From NCBI GenBank assembly GCA_964016885.1, contig OZ024742.1, forward strand, positions 318,990,001 through 319,054,000: a DNA stretch of 64,000 bases. Direction: 5' to 3'. Positions 1 to 12,255 of the stretch are shown piece after piece (position 1 is the first letter of the stretch; each line of letters begins with the position of its first letter). The stretch comes from Eledone cirrhosa (Eukaryota). The position numbers were made by a program, and so were the translations under genes. The notes below the pieces were generated by a model that saw only the letters and a program-made list of their open reading frames with translations, ran no database searches and was not told the DNA's origin.

Positions 1-37
1 CCGGCTTCATGGCGTGAAGCGACTGTGAGCACAAGAC

Positions 38-589
38 GTCATGCCACCTCACTTCTTCCCTGAGGGCCTCAAGCTGAACACCAATGGCTACATCCACGTT
101 CTGAGCGAGGTAGTAAAGCCCTGGATCGACCAGGTAGCTGCAGGTAGGCCGTACGTGTGGCAGCAAGACTCAGTGCCCTGCCATACCAGCCGAAAGAATC
201 AAGCCTGGCTGTCAGAGAAGTTCGTCAACCACACTTCACCTGACATCTGGCCTCCCAGCTCGCCTGACTGCAACCCCCTCAACTTCTTTGTGTGGGGCGC
301 AGTGGAACGAGACACCAACAGATCTAGCTGCAATACGAAAGGCAATCTGAAGGCCAGGATCACAAGTGCCTTTAGGGGCCTAAGTCGGGAGACAGTGACT
401 AAGGCCTGTAGCTGGTTCCGAGGCCGCCTTGAGGCCGTCATCATAGCTAATGGCGGGTTTATCGAATAAGATCGAAAGAACAAGTCATGAAGACAAACTG
501 ACCCAAGTTTGATAAATATATCTTAAAAAAACTACTGTGTTATTTTTTCATAGACAGTAATCTTGCGAACAAATATCGTCCGCACCCTG
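38..589 (+). mobile_element. 3' part of a Tc1/mariner-superfamily DNA transposon, maT-like (DD37D spacing), inactive
   Basis: ORF 41-469 has WQQDSVPCH...WPPSSPDCNPLNFFVW, with 37 residues between the QQD aspartate and the NPL(N) position (third D mutated to N). Ends ...CGCACCCTG|TA, typical of a Tc1/mariner terminus. Confidence 0.8.
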
Positions 590-1031
590 TATATATATAT
601 ATTGATGACCTCTCTGTCCGCAATCTTTGCAGCACGTTTTTACCACCGTTGTAAAAAACCCTTCTGGATTATCTCCCTTTCCCTTCACCTCCTCACTTTT
701 GGTTGCCCGTGTCTCTCTCTCACTTTCTCCTGTCTATGTGAGAGGCAGCACGATTATACCAGCTCTGAGTTGTAGCTGACCACCAGGCTAAAGTCTCCCA
801 GGTTGGCCACAACTTACTTTCCCTATTTTTCCACGGTTACTTTTACCTGTGTCTTCCCACGATGGGATCTGTACACTTTTTTTTCTTCTATTCCTTTCCT
901 ATTTTTCCCCTTCTTCCTCTCTCCTCATCTTTTTCCCCCCTGTTCTTCCTCCTTTCCCTCTCTTTCCTTTTCTCTCTCCTTTTCCACCTGGCCTTTTGAT
1001 TAATAAAAGGCCTTGTGTGCACCCAAACTAC

Positions 1032-1097
1032 ACCGATGTCCTGTAATTCAGTGCCGAAACATCGGTTCGGGAAACATTTACAGCTGACGATGGAAAC
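1032..1097 (+). ncRNA. Candidate hammerhead ribozyme with non-canonical strand order, inside an unclassified ~590-bp repeat (about 603-1190)
   Basis: ACCGATGT-C (1032-1040) pairs with GAA-ACATCGGT (1056-1066); CTGTAA (1041-1046) pairs with TTACAG (1078-1083), directly followed by CTGACGA-T-GG; GG pairs with CC (1054-1055). Confidence 0.5.
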
Positions 1098-1210
1098 TCC
1101 TTTCTTCCTTTCTCCTCCTGTTCCGTCCTAACCACCATCCTAAACCTTGTTTTAGTAACCACACAGCTCCTTTCATTTCATAACTTTTTGTATATATATA
1201 TATATATATA

Positions 1211-1242
<32 letters not shown>

Positions 1243-1389
1243 ATATGTATATAAATAGGGAGAAACAAAGCAGGCTTTGTTTAGAAACAGCTAACGAATT
1301 TGAAAATTAAGTAGTACTCAATACTCATCCTTTTTTCCATTCAGAGGGTTTTTTTTTAATCCCAACTAACAGACTAATTTTATTTAGTC

Positions 1390-1767
1390 TGTAGCGGCCC
1401 CTTACGGCTGTAACTCAGCACGTATAGGAGCTGCGTCCCTTTGTGACGGTCGCGACTCCCAGTGGCAGATCCATGTACTAAATGGAGTTGCGTCCCCCTG
1501 GGGACTATATATTTGAAGACATCAAGGCAGCAACTCTCACTTCCTGCGCCGGCAGCCTAAAGAAACACTTGAACCTTACCAAGAGACGATTTCTGTTCTT
1601 CTCTACACACTCCGGTCTGGGAGTTGTAACCAACTGACCATCAACATGTGGTAAAAATTATTTCTATTAATTTATTTGACTTCTGTGAAGTAAAACCATG
1701 TCACAACACTCACCTGCATTTATTGTCATTCTTAATAATATATATACACTGATACTAACATTCTAAA
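1390..1767 (+). repeat. 5' LTR (378 bp)
   Basis: Starts TGTAGCGG, ends TTCTAAA; matches 5914-6292 with about 8 differences. Confidence 0.95.
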
Positions 1768-1768
1768 T

Positions 1769-1781
1769 TGGTGACCCCGAC
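1769..1781 (+). promoter_or_regulatory. Primer-binding site, tRNA-Trp type
   Basis: TGGTGACCCCGAC one base after the 5' LTR; complementary to the metazoan tRNA-Trp 3' end (GUCGGGGUCACCA). Confidence 0.8.
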
Positions 1782-2340
1782 ATTTAAAAAAAAAAAAAAA
1801 AAATGGGAAAAAAAAAATGAAAGAAAAAAACATTTAATACAGAACAACACGCTTCATTCTGATCTGGCTGTATTTTACTGATTTCAGCATCTTTATCTGT
1901 AACGTTTAACAATCAAACTCCTCATATGTGCAAAGCGAACATTCCATTTATTTACACACAAACACAAAAAAAAAAAGATAACATTATATTGCCGCTAGTT
2001 TCCTAGCGAAACAACAATTGTATGAATGTTTTTTCTCCTTTTCTTCTTTTCTCTGGCTAAAATTTTTGAGGATGACAAGATGGCGGCTTTCTTCTCCATC
2101 AATAGTGTTTTTGGCGCGAAATCGTCCGCCATGTTGGTTTTAGTTTTAAATTCCCTGCCTATACCTTGTTAATGACATTGCTCGGTTAGTCGCTCCTTTA
2201 CATGTTGTCTCGGATGCATTCTTTTTCCTGTCCAGTTGTTTGACAGAGAAAAACAAGCAATTTTGTTTTCCTTTTCCCTTGTGTTGGAGACATTTTTCCA
2301 AACGGAGACGATTTTTTGGCAGATTACCTATGTTATAACA

Positions 2341-5300
2341 ATGGCATCTCACTCAGCCATTATGGTGATGCAGAAGTCCATTCAGGAACTCACCCTGGAG
2401 CTCCATAAGATGAAGGTCTGGTGTCGCGCCCGTTCGCGCTCGCGCAGGAGATCTCACTCTTTTAGACGCCGCCCCAAATCACCAGCTTCATCTTTATGCT
2501 GGTACCACAAGCGTTTTGCCAAGAGCGCGAACCACTGCGTGCAACCTTGCTCGTTTCATAAGGCGAGAAACGCCAAAGAGGTCCGCTGATGGGGCAATTG
2601 ACCTCAACATAAAGCCACCAAACCGCTATTTCTTCATTAAGGACCTTATTTCGGGAAGAGGTTTCCTTGTGGATACAGGAGCCTCCTGTAGTATTTGGCC
2701 AGTCCATTGCCTGAAAGATACCCCCGTAGAGTCATCCGTTACTCTGCAGGCCGTTAATCACTCGTCTATAAAGACGTACGGACAAATCTCGCTTCCTCTC
2801 AAATTCCTAAATCTTCGTAGGGTTTTAAGTGGATTTTTACGGTTGCCGATTTGCCATACCCTATCTTAGGAGCGGACTTCCTCCACAACTTCTCTTTGAC
2901 TGTGGACGTCCGTGGCCAACCCCTGGAGGATGACATCACCGGATTTTCAATTCGTGGCCGGAAAGCCAATGCTCCAACAGTCAGCGCCATATTCTTCATC
3001 GCTGCCGCTGGAGACGCCTACCATTCGTTGTTAGGTTCTTTCCCGGAGCTCACCGATGGAAATTTTCGAGTCACTGAGCCAACACTCAACTGAACATTTC
3101 ATTTCCACCACCGGTGCTCCAGTGTCTTCGCATCGCCGCCGCTTACCGGCGGACAAATTAAAGGCAGCACGGTCCGAGTTCGACCATATGCTGCAGCTGG
3201 GCATTATTCGCCCATCTACGAGTCCTTGGGCTTCACCATTACACATGGTGCCCAAGACTTCTGGCGACTGGAGACCCACTTGGGATTATAGGAGGTTAAA
3301 TGCTATTACCGTCCCAGATAGGTATCCCATACCCCATCTCCAGGATTTCGCATCTTCATTGCAGGGGTGTAAGATTTTCTCAAAACTAGATTTAGTGCGA
3401 GCTTACAACCAAATTCCAGTCAGAAAGGAGGATATTCCGAAAACGGCGATTACAACTCCTTTCGGATCCTTCGAATTTTTTACCATGCCTTTCGGACTCA
3501 GGAAAGCCGCTAGCACTTTTCAGCGGTTCATAGACCAAGTCACTCATGGTCTGGACTTCGTTTATGCTTATATAGACGATCTTCTCATCGCTAGTTCCTC
3601 TCTGGAAGAGCATATGCGCCACAGGCATCTCTTATTTCGGCGACTTCAGGATTACCGCGTTCGTGTGAATTCCGCAAAGTGTGTTTTCGGTTCCACTTCG
3701 CTAAATTTTTTAGGCCACCTCATCGACGCCGAAGGTATTAGGCCGCTTCCTCAGCGAGTTCAAGCCATACAGCATTTACCTCCGCCTACTATACTTCACC
3801 AGTTGCGTCACTTCTTAGGCCTAATCAATTTCTATAGGCGTTTCGTTCCTCATTGTGCTAATTTGCTATCTTCCCTTACTGACATTTTGAAAAATCGTCG
3901 TAAGAAGAATGAGGATATTTCCTTGACACAAGGACAGCTTAAAGACTTCCAAGACAGCACTCGCTAGTTCATCTTTGCTAGCCCACCCGGTACCAGAGGC
4001 CAAGCTTTCGCTTTGTGTTGATGCATCTGATACCGCTGTGGGGGCAGTTTTACAGCAGTACAATGCTGGAAACCAACAACCTTTGGCATTTTTCTCAAAG
4101 AAGCTGAAACCAGCAGAAACGCGTTACAGCACGTTTGGGCGGGAGTTATTAGCCATATATCTGTCGGTGAAACATTTCTCTCATATTCTTGAGGGGAGAA
4201 ATTTTACTGTTTTAACCGACCACAAACCTCTGACCTTCGCTTTGAGGGTTAAAGCCAACATATTCGCCCAGAGAGACAAGGCACCTGAACTATGTTTCAC
4301 AATTTACAAATGATATCCAGCACATTGCTGGCTCGCTTAACATAGCTGCAGACGCATTGTCACATTTGCCAATCAGCTCCATCTCGTTATCCCAGGAGAT
4401 CGACTTAAGTCGTTTAGCTGCAGACCAACCTGCACTCCAATCGTTGGATACTCTTTCTGCCAAGTTTGCGACTTGCATCTTCAAATATCTGCCCTTGTCG
4501 ACCACCGACAGGCAGATTCTATGTGATGTATCTACGGATTCACCACGACCATATGTTCCTGAGACTCACCGTCGAATTGTGTTCCTTGCTTTGCACAGCA
4601 TTTCTCACCCAGGAATTTCTGCCACAGTAAAGCTTATAACGGATAGATTTTTCTGGCCCAATATGAGGCGAGAAATTACTGTCTGGTGCCGTTCCTGCAC
4701 ACAGTGTCAGAGATCTAAAGTCAACAGACATAATCCGGACTCCACTTGGTACTTTCAGTACTCCAGACGCTCGGTTTCAACACATCCACATTGATATCAT
4801 TGGACCTTGGCCATTCAGTAGTGGATATTCGTACCTCTTGACCTGTATCGATTGTTTTTCGAGATGGCCTGAAGCCATCCCCTTAAAAGATATTACTGCT
4901 GAGACTGTAGCGCGTGCCCTGGTATAGGGTGGATTACCCGCTTTGGGGTACCAACTACAGTCACCACAGACCGTGGTAGACAATTTGAGTCTCATCTTTT
5001 CTCTGAGCTGACAAAGATCATTGGTGCTCAACGGATTCGGACCACAGCTTATCATCCTGCTTCAAACGAAATGGTGGGACGATTCCACCGCCAATTAAAG
5101 GCCGCTGTTTGCGCCTATTCAGACACTCAACGTTTGAGCGAGTACCTTCCTATTGTCATCAATAACAGAGGACCTTGGGTTCTCCCCGGCCGAATTACTG
5201 TATGGTGCTCCTCTAGCGTTGCCTGGGCAAATGCTTGCTCCTGTTGATCTTGCTTTTCAGGACCCTGTTTCCTACGTATCTCGTTTGCGCTCCTTTTTTC

Positions 5301-5530
5301 AGGACTTACCGCCCATGAATACTAGGAAACAAACTATTAAAGCTGCAGTCCCGAGGGATATTGCCTCGTTGACACATGTATTCGTCAGAAACGATGCGGT
5401 TACTCCACCCCTCACACAGCCGTACTCTGGACCCTACCGTGTGTTAGCACGTACTGAAAAACATTTCACTGTAGACATTAAGGGGTCCAGAGAGACAATT
5501 TCGGTGGGTAGAATGGGTATACAATGACGC
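2341..5530 (+). pseudogene. gypsy gag C-terminus (CWYH...C..PC) and fragmented pol
   Basis: ORF pieces 2236-2589, 2516-2869, 2851-3093, 3056-3967, 3975-4313, 4357-4794 and 5153-5527 in shifting frames. Confidence 0.9.
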
Positions 5531-5900
5531 TCATACACCCGAGCCACAAATACCCCAATCTTTCTCTCTTGCGCATACACCTGCTCCTTCTGCCCCACCT
5601 TCACCTACATACAAGACCACGACCCGTTCCGGTCGAAGAGTCCACTGGCCCAAAAAACTCTGCTAAACTGTTTTCATGTGAACTGGCCACTAGAGCCTTT
5701 TTTGTTTTTCGCTTTATTGTATTACTATGTATACATGTACCTTTTCGTTACTATTTCATGCCCGATTTATACATATACCTTTTCATTACTATTTCATGCC
5801 CGATTTATACATGTACCTTTGCGTTAATATTTCATGCCTGTGCTGGGAGCCCATGCTTGTGGGTTCACTACAGTTACCTTCGGGCTTTTCGCCTAGCGTC

Positions 5901-5913
5901 TGGAGGAGGGTAC
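5901..5913 (+). promoter_or_regulatory. Polypurine tract
   Basis: TGGAGGAGGGTAC immediately before the 3' LTR. Confidence 0.8.
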
Positions 5914-6292
5914 TGTAGCGGCCCCTTACGGCTGTAACTCAGCACGTATAGGAGTTGCGTCCCTTTGTGACGGTCGCGACTCCCAGTGGCAGATCCATGT
6001 ACCAACTGGAGTTGCGTCCCCCTGGGGACTATATATTTGAAGACATCAAGGCAGCAACTCTCACTTCCTGCGCCGGCAGCCTAAAGAAACACTTGAACCT
6101 TACCAAGAGAAGATTTCTGTTCTTCTCTACACACTCCGGTCTGGGAGTTGTGACCAACTGACCATCAACATGTGGTAAAAAATTATTTCTATTAATTTAT
6201 TTGACTTCTGTGAAGTAAAACCATGTCACAACATGCACCTGCATTTATTGTCATTCTTAATAATATATATACACTGATACTAACATTCTAAA
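5914..6292 (+). repeat. 3' LTR (379 bp)
   Basis: Direct repeat of 1390-1767, followed by TSD AGTC. Confidence 0.95.
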
Positions 6293-6457
6293 AGTCAAAT
6301 ACAGCGAATGCGGACGTGTCTTGTATTCGTCTTATTCGGGAAACTTCTGGTAATGAGGTAATTATACTGTATTGTTTATTATACATTAAATATTTAGCTC
6401 TGTAACTTACATAGAGCACTCTTCATTCCTCTGACTTTTTCAATGGAAACTTCAATA

Positions 6458-6499
<42 letters not shown>

Positions 6500-6620
6500 A
6501 AGTTATATTTAAAATTGTTGGGTTACAACTAGTAATTATTTATAACTGATATAAAAGCACTCGACAAATACTTGGAGTATATTTACAATATTAATATAGT
6601 TTTCCATTTATTTAATATTG

Positions 6621-6661
<41 letters not shown>

Positions 6662-8419
6662 AGAGAGAGAGAGAGTTACTAGTCTCGAAGATCCTGTAGT
6701 AACGTAACCACAACCGTTCAATCGACCCTCTGAAACGATTGTAAAACAATGAACTAACTCTCTACCCACACCTGTCTTCTGTTTTTATTGTTCAAACCCA
6801 CATATCTGAAAATGATTCTGTAACCCGGATTGATTTTCTTCAAGGATACCTTGGGCCGTGATCACCTACCACAAGAACTACTAGTCACACTGCCGGTTCT
6901 GGCCGCAACTATCCTTCCTAGGATACATTGAGTTCTAACAACGTTATCAGCCGCACCACAATCAGGTGGACACACACACTTATATATAGTATGTTGCACT
7001 TGTTGGGCAAGACATTTGATCCGAGACCATGTGTTAAAACTATACACTTGCATCATTTTAGACATATCAGAATATAAAATCTTTTAATGTCATTTTTTTA
7101 AAAATTGTAATGTACTATGTCGCACTTCTGCAACATGCTTACTGACAATTCCACCGTGGATTTGTGTCACAGAAATGTGACAAATATTTTACTTCCAAAA
7201 CAGTAAAAGAGCTAATGAAATTAGTAAATAATACGAACTGAAGGGGGAACAATTGTTACTGGGTATCAGAGCTGGATTGAGTCCTTTTGACCCGTAAGCA
7301 CTTAAAAGATTATGGCACTTGATCTTACCTCATATATAAAACTAGAAAAAAAAATGTTAGAATCACAAATACATTTGAATTAAAATAACACTGTGAACCT
7401 CTTCTCATGGTATCCTAAGCATGTTTATAGTGTTTCATAGTTAAACCAGGCCTGCTCGAGATAGATACTTTTAAATTTAAAAATCAAATCTGAGAAATTC
7501 ATTAACATTGCCATTATTACGACCTCCAGTCACATCGTCGACGACTGAATTTTCGGATTAGTTTATTCAACTATTTTTTCGCAACTTTATATTATTTCTC
7601 CCCAAGCCACCCTTTAACAGTACTTAGACTTCGCAAGAGACAGCAGTAATTTCATCAGGCGGTAGATAAAGACACTGTGAATGAAAGGTTTTAATTATTT
7701 TACCCAGCCATACTTAGAAACTAAGGTATATATTGACTGATGGACAATAGGTAAATATAATAAAAGTAGGGGAGAACTAGTAATAGGAGATATGGGTTTG
7801 TGTCCCACTTGATACTTATGTATTGTTTATATTTCATCTAGCTATTGCTCAAATCAATTAATCAAATATATATATATACTCTTTTAATAATCTTGAATTA
7901 ATAATAAACTGATTATCGTATTAAAGAAATAGAAACTTCAATTAGTATAAGTCGTTTTAATTCATTGAGACGTGGTTATTTTTAGGGATAAACAGAGTAG
8001 TGCAATACACCTTAGAATTACATTCTATTCATTAACATTATATATAATTATAGGCTGCAATTATGGATTTTAAATAGAACACTTACATTTTCTTAGCCAC
8101 ATCGGCTTCACGAAATTGTACCTTGACCATGGTTTTTTTAAAAGTTTATAAAGACCCGTGAACGTAAATATAGATGAAAATAAACACCAGTGATTTCGTG
8201 GTGTTTAAAACATGTGTTAAAACAACTTCCGCTGTTTACCGGAAGACCACACGATACACATTTCAATAACGATGTTTTGGAACCCTGAAAGAACGTAAAC
8301 AATGAAAGTCCTTCTACAGCATGAATTATTTGTTTAAATTACCTGTATATGTGGGGTATCTATTCAAAATGATAAAATTTCTAACTTATTACTAAATTCA
8401 ACGTGTTTTTATTGTTTAC

Positions 8420-9415
8420 TATAACATTTAATAAACATATATATATATTATTATTATTATTACAATTATATAAATTTACAGTAGTATAACATTGTAAATA
8501 TGGTTTAAATATATACATAAATAGCATTACAAATGCGTAAATAACATTATAAATTGCTCGCAAATCGTTCAGAAGGACCTTACAATTTTAATGTCTAAAC
8601 CGTGTCTAAACACAATAATATAAATTCATTGAACAAAAATGATAAAGGAAAGAAAAAAGACGGAAACAGGGGGAGGGGCAATTCACCACCAAGGATGGGG
8701 TGATAATCGGCCGCATCTCACACACTAGGGGTTAACTACACACTTGATGCAAGCCAACACGCTCGCTGAAATAGCCAGGCACCCTCAAGGGCATCACCTG
8801 ACACCTCAGTAAGGTGAGCCGCCAGTGATGACAAGAAATTAGAGTAATTAAATGTCGTTTAGCCCTATGTCAACATTAGGTCGATCTATACTGAAAGGTG
8901 TTCTAACAATGGCCATAGAGTTACGGCCCTTCATGATCTGAGTTCAAATCGCGCCGAGGTTAATTTTGCCTTTCATCCTTACGGAGTCAATAAAATAAAG
9001 TACCAGTCACGGACTGGGTCGATTAAATCGACTTCACCCTCCCCGGTAGAGGGTCGGACGCCATGCTTTGAAGTATAGTTAGCTCCCTGTATGATCTGAG
9101 TTCAAATCCCGCCGAGGTCAACTTTGCCTTTCATCCTTACGGGGTCGATAAAATAAAGTACCAGTAATGCACTGGGTAATTGCTGGCCTTGTGCCAAAAG
9201 TAGAAACAATTATTTAGTATATCTTTATTTAAGATAATAAAGTGTGCTTTGGGGGGAGGGGGGTCTGGCTGCTATTTCTAACTGGTTGAACGACAAACCT
9301 CAATTCTACATCATTCTAATGAACATCAAGTCTTTCGCTTACACAAAAATAGCAATTCTATAAGTTCATAAAGCGATTAAATACATTGTCCTTTTCTCAA
9401 AACTTTCATTGTTTT
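8420..9415 (+). repeat. Local duplication, copy A (paralog of about 13030-15000)
   Basis: Long collinear matches such as ATTACAATTATATAAATTTAC...AAATTGCTCGCAA.TCGTTCAGAAGGACCTTACAATTTTAATGTCTAAACC and CTTTTCTCAAAACTTTCATTGTTTTT in both copies. Confidence 0.9.
8915..9212 (+). mobile_element. Two tandem partial tRNA-derived SINEs
   Basis: B-box GAGTTCAAATC followed by the family body TTTGCCTTTCATCCTTACGG..TCGATAAAATAAAGTACCAG, twice. Confidence 0.8.
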
Positions 9416-9505
9416 TAGAGTCATTAACAGTGACGTCCCAGACAAGGCACCTGCCTCTCGACCAGGGCCGTCAGGTCTTTTGCCGTTACTTCTGGACAAC
9501 CCAGA

Positions 9506-10586
9506 TAATAATAATAATAATAATGAAATTATTGTGTAAAGTGCTCAGGTGCACTACAACTCGTCAAAGGTGTATGTTTAGTACATAGAATAATACACAA
9601 ATGTCAGGGAAGTGAATAGTGTATGAGTCATGATATACGTGTGTGTATGTGTATGGCGGATCTCGGGAAGCATGGAGGCCTTAAAGGATGCAGTGTCTCG
9701 ACAGCTAACAACTGATGCAGGTAGTTTGTTCCATGCTTCAGCAACTCTGAGCGTGAAAAAATGTTTCCGAAAGTCATGGGAACTGTGCTGTTTTCTGACT
9801 TTGTGGGCATGTCCACGTGTGTTAGACACATGGAAATCAAAAAGGTACTCAGGGTTGTTGTTGGCAAGATGATTAACAATTTTGTGGGTGTTTACCAAGT
9901 CAGTTGCCAGGCGTCGGAGCTTCAATGTATCCATGCCCAGGGAAGCAAGGCGCTCAGAGTATGGTAGATGCCTGATGGAGGGTATTCGCTTGGTTGCACG
10001 TCTCTGAACAGTTTCCAGGCGGTCAATGTTCTGAGCAAGATAGGGGTTCCAGACTGGTGATGCAAATTCTAAGTGTGGCCGCACCATAGCCATGTACAGC
10101 CTTAAATAGATATCTGGAGAGCGGCTGACAAAGGTCTTGCTGAGTGATGCTAAGACACCCTCGGCCCTCTTGACAATTTTAGAGACGTGCTTCGTCCAAC
10201 GCAAATCGCTGCTGACTGTAATGCCCAGGTCACGATCACGAGAAGACTTCTTGATATTAGTGCTGTGGAGAGAGTATGTGGACGCTAGGATTTTACTCCC
10301 AAAATGCATGGTGGTGCACTTGTCCACAGCTAGCTTGAGTTGCCAGTCTGAGATCCATTGTTGCATTGTGTCCAGGTCAGACTGCAAGCAAGATCTATAG
10401 TGTTCAGGGTCTGTCCTTTTTATCTCAAGGTACAGCTTGATGTCATCTGCGTACTTTAGTACCGTGACATTCTTTAAGTTGGCATCTATGTCATTAATAT
10501 ATGCCACAAACAAAAGGGGGCCAAGAACAGATCCCTGTGGTACACCAGATGACATCTCATATGGTGAGGAATGCTGTCCCAGAACC
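9506..10586 (-). mobile_element. CR1-clade LINE, 5'-truncated (RT C-terminal half, 3' UTR, (TTA)n tail)
   Basis: ORF 9578-10555 has SGVPQGSVLGPLLF, YADD, RDLG, VRPHLEFA..VWNP, LETVQRRATK, TRGH and FFTLRV...WNKLP; tail (TAA)n at 9506-9523 on +. Confidence 0.9.
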
Positions 10587-10935
10587 TAGATGGTTCCAAG
10601 ATTGAGGGGATGTGTGCCCGGGCCAAAGCTCTCTTGAGAATGAGGTTTAGCTCCGTGTAACGCGTGAAGCGGCCGGCATTCAGGCAGTCAGAAAGACCGT
10701 GGAGTCGAGGAGTTTACCATATCGACATCTCAAACCCATGCAGACGTCAGCTCCCACTCTGAGGGCGATGGAGATACGAAGTTCTTCCAGGCTGTGTAGG
10801 CCGCCACGGGTAGGGCATCAACCCAGTCACCTGAGTATTTGACGCGGGTAGATAGTAAGCGGCACCTTGCAAACTGATCCGACTGGGCAAAGAGGGAGTC
10901 GAAGGTGGCCCTCAAAGTTATGCTGTCCCAAATAT
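10587..10935 (-). mobile_element. CRE-like (restriction-like endonuclease) non-LTR retrotransposon fragment
   Basis: Minus-strand frames give WD...SGDWVDALP, ELRISIALRVGADVC..RC and GRFTRYTELNLILKRAL...IPSILEP, the zinc-knuckle region preceding the RLE domain. Confidence 0.7.
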
Positions 10936-11942
10936 GCTTTAAATATATACATAAATAACGTTACAAATGATTTTTAAAAAAAAATGGAAATAAGGGTAAT
11001 TTAATAAGAAATAAGTGAAACAGCGAAATGTCTAGGTAAAATAATAAATAAACGTCATAAATTGCTCGCGATTCTTTCAGAGAGATATATTCTTTTAATG
11101 TTACAATGTTAAAGAAAATGTAAAGGAAGGGGTTGTAGCGGATATGTGGTATTCATTGTATGGTAGTTTGATGAAAAGAATAATGCCATGATTGAGTTAT
11201 TAACAACGTTTATTTATTAATAACAATATTCATTTTGCACATCGAGTAATATTATTTATGACATGAACCATCGCTACATTAAATTGCTAGCTGCTACGAG
11301 CTAGGGTAAATGCATGTATCTCAGAAGACGATGATGTAAAAGTTGTGTTGTGTCTTACAGATACAATATGACAGGAAGACTAAAGAATAGGTGAAGCATA
11401 GAATGTAAACAATATGAACATACTATGTGTGTGTGTGCCTATTCTTAGAATATGTTATTCTCATAGTAGTAGTGGTCATTCTGTCAGGCAGGCATGGTTG
11501 GTTTTCTAGCTGGCTGTGTCGGTGGCCGAGAAGGTAAAAACCAGTAAGGGCCAGGACAGAGATAGAGGGAAAAGTCTACTGATGCCTACATCGTTATCAC
11601 TTGCTGACTGCTGCTTCGGGTCTGTCTTTTAGATTCCTTAACTCCTTGTATTTATAATTGTGCTAAAGTTAGTATATATGAAGTTGATTTATGATCAGCC
11701 ATGTGGGTATCCTCTCCCAAGAAGCTGGGGTCACAGGTCAAGTGGAATGTATGTTTATCATCATTGACTTGACAAGACAATGGTAGGAACTTCCAATGAT
11801 GGATAGTCCCAGAGGCGAGAAACCTCAAATTCGGTTTCGAATCTTTGCCGGTAAAACATAGGAGTATTCCATTAGAGGCTGAATAACCGAACCAACACCA
11901 GAGCAAAAGACAGCAGCGTCGCGAGGTGTACCGGCAACCTCT

Positions 11943-12135
11943 CTAATGATTTTTGAGGCAAGTCAGCACACTCGCAGCGTTGCCTCGGGTGATGGCGAGG
12001 CTAATACGCTGGAACAGCCAAGTGACCTCGCGAGATTCGATAGTTACCTCTATTAGGCGAACCGCCAGTGAAGAGAAGAATCTCGCAGTCAGCGGCCCGA
12101 CTCCCCCAAACGTCTCGAAAGCCACAGGCTGAAAA
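11943..12135 (-). mobile_element. CRE-like RLE C-terminal fragment
   Basis: PVAFETFGGVGP...REVTWLFQRISLAITRGNAASVL*. Confidence 0.75.
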
Positions 12136-12255
12136 ATCTACTGTAAATTTATTTATATGCTCTGTATAATTAATTAAATAAATACTTGGCTTCGTCGAAT
12201 ACCATTAATCTACCACTGACGAAAGGTCGCCCAAACTGAAATTTATATATATATA

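Larger units (their letters stand above)
1390..6292 (+). mobile_element. Ty3/gypsy LTR retrotransposon, both LTRs present, gag mostly missing, pol broken by frameshifts and stops
   Basis: Direct LTRs 1390-1767 and 5914-6292; 4-bp TSD AGTC (1386-1389, 6293-6296); PBS; PPT; domain order PR (LVDTGA), RT (YIDD at 3569), RNaseH (DAS...ELLA...TDH), IN (HHCC; HIDIIGP...TDRG). Confidence 0.95.

Noticed and set aside
1049-1066. CA-GTGCCGAAAC as an LTR end plus tRNA-Phe PBS
   Set aside because: Lacks the TGG start, diverges after 10 nt, and no gag/pol or second LTR follows; the pairing with 1032-1039 explains it better.
6862-7065. Minus ORF with PDCGA...ILGRIVA resembling a picorna-like 3C protease motif
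   Set aside because: Lacks the GxCG glycine and the conserved His; the ORF crosses a (TA)(TG) run joining a SINE-like piece to another repeat, so it is probably a chance chimera.
8222-8246. Paired ETS-like motifs (ACTTCCG, CCGGAAG) suggesting a promoter
   Set aside because: No exon or transcript unit could be linked to them on either strand.
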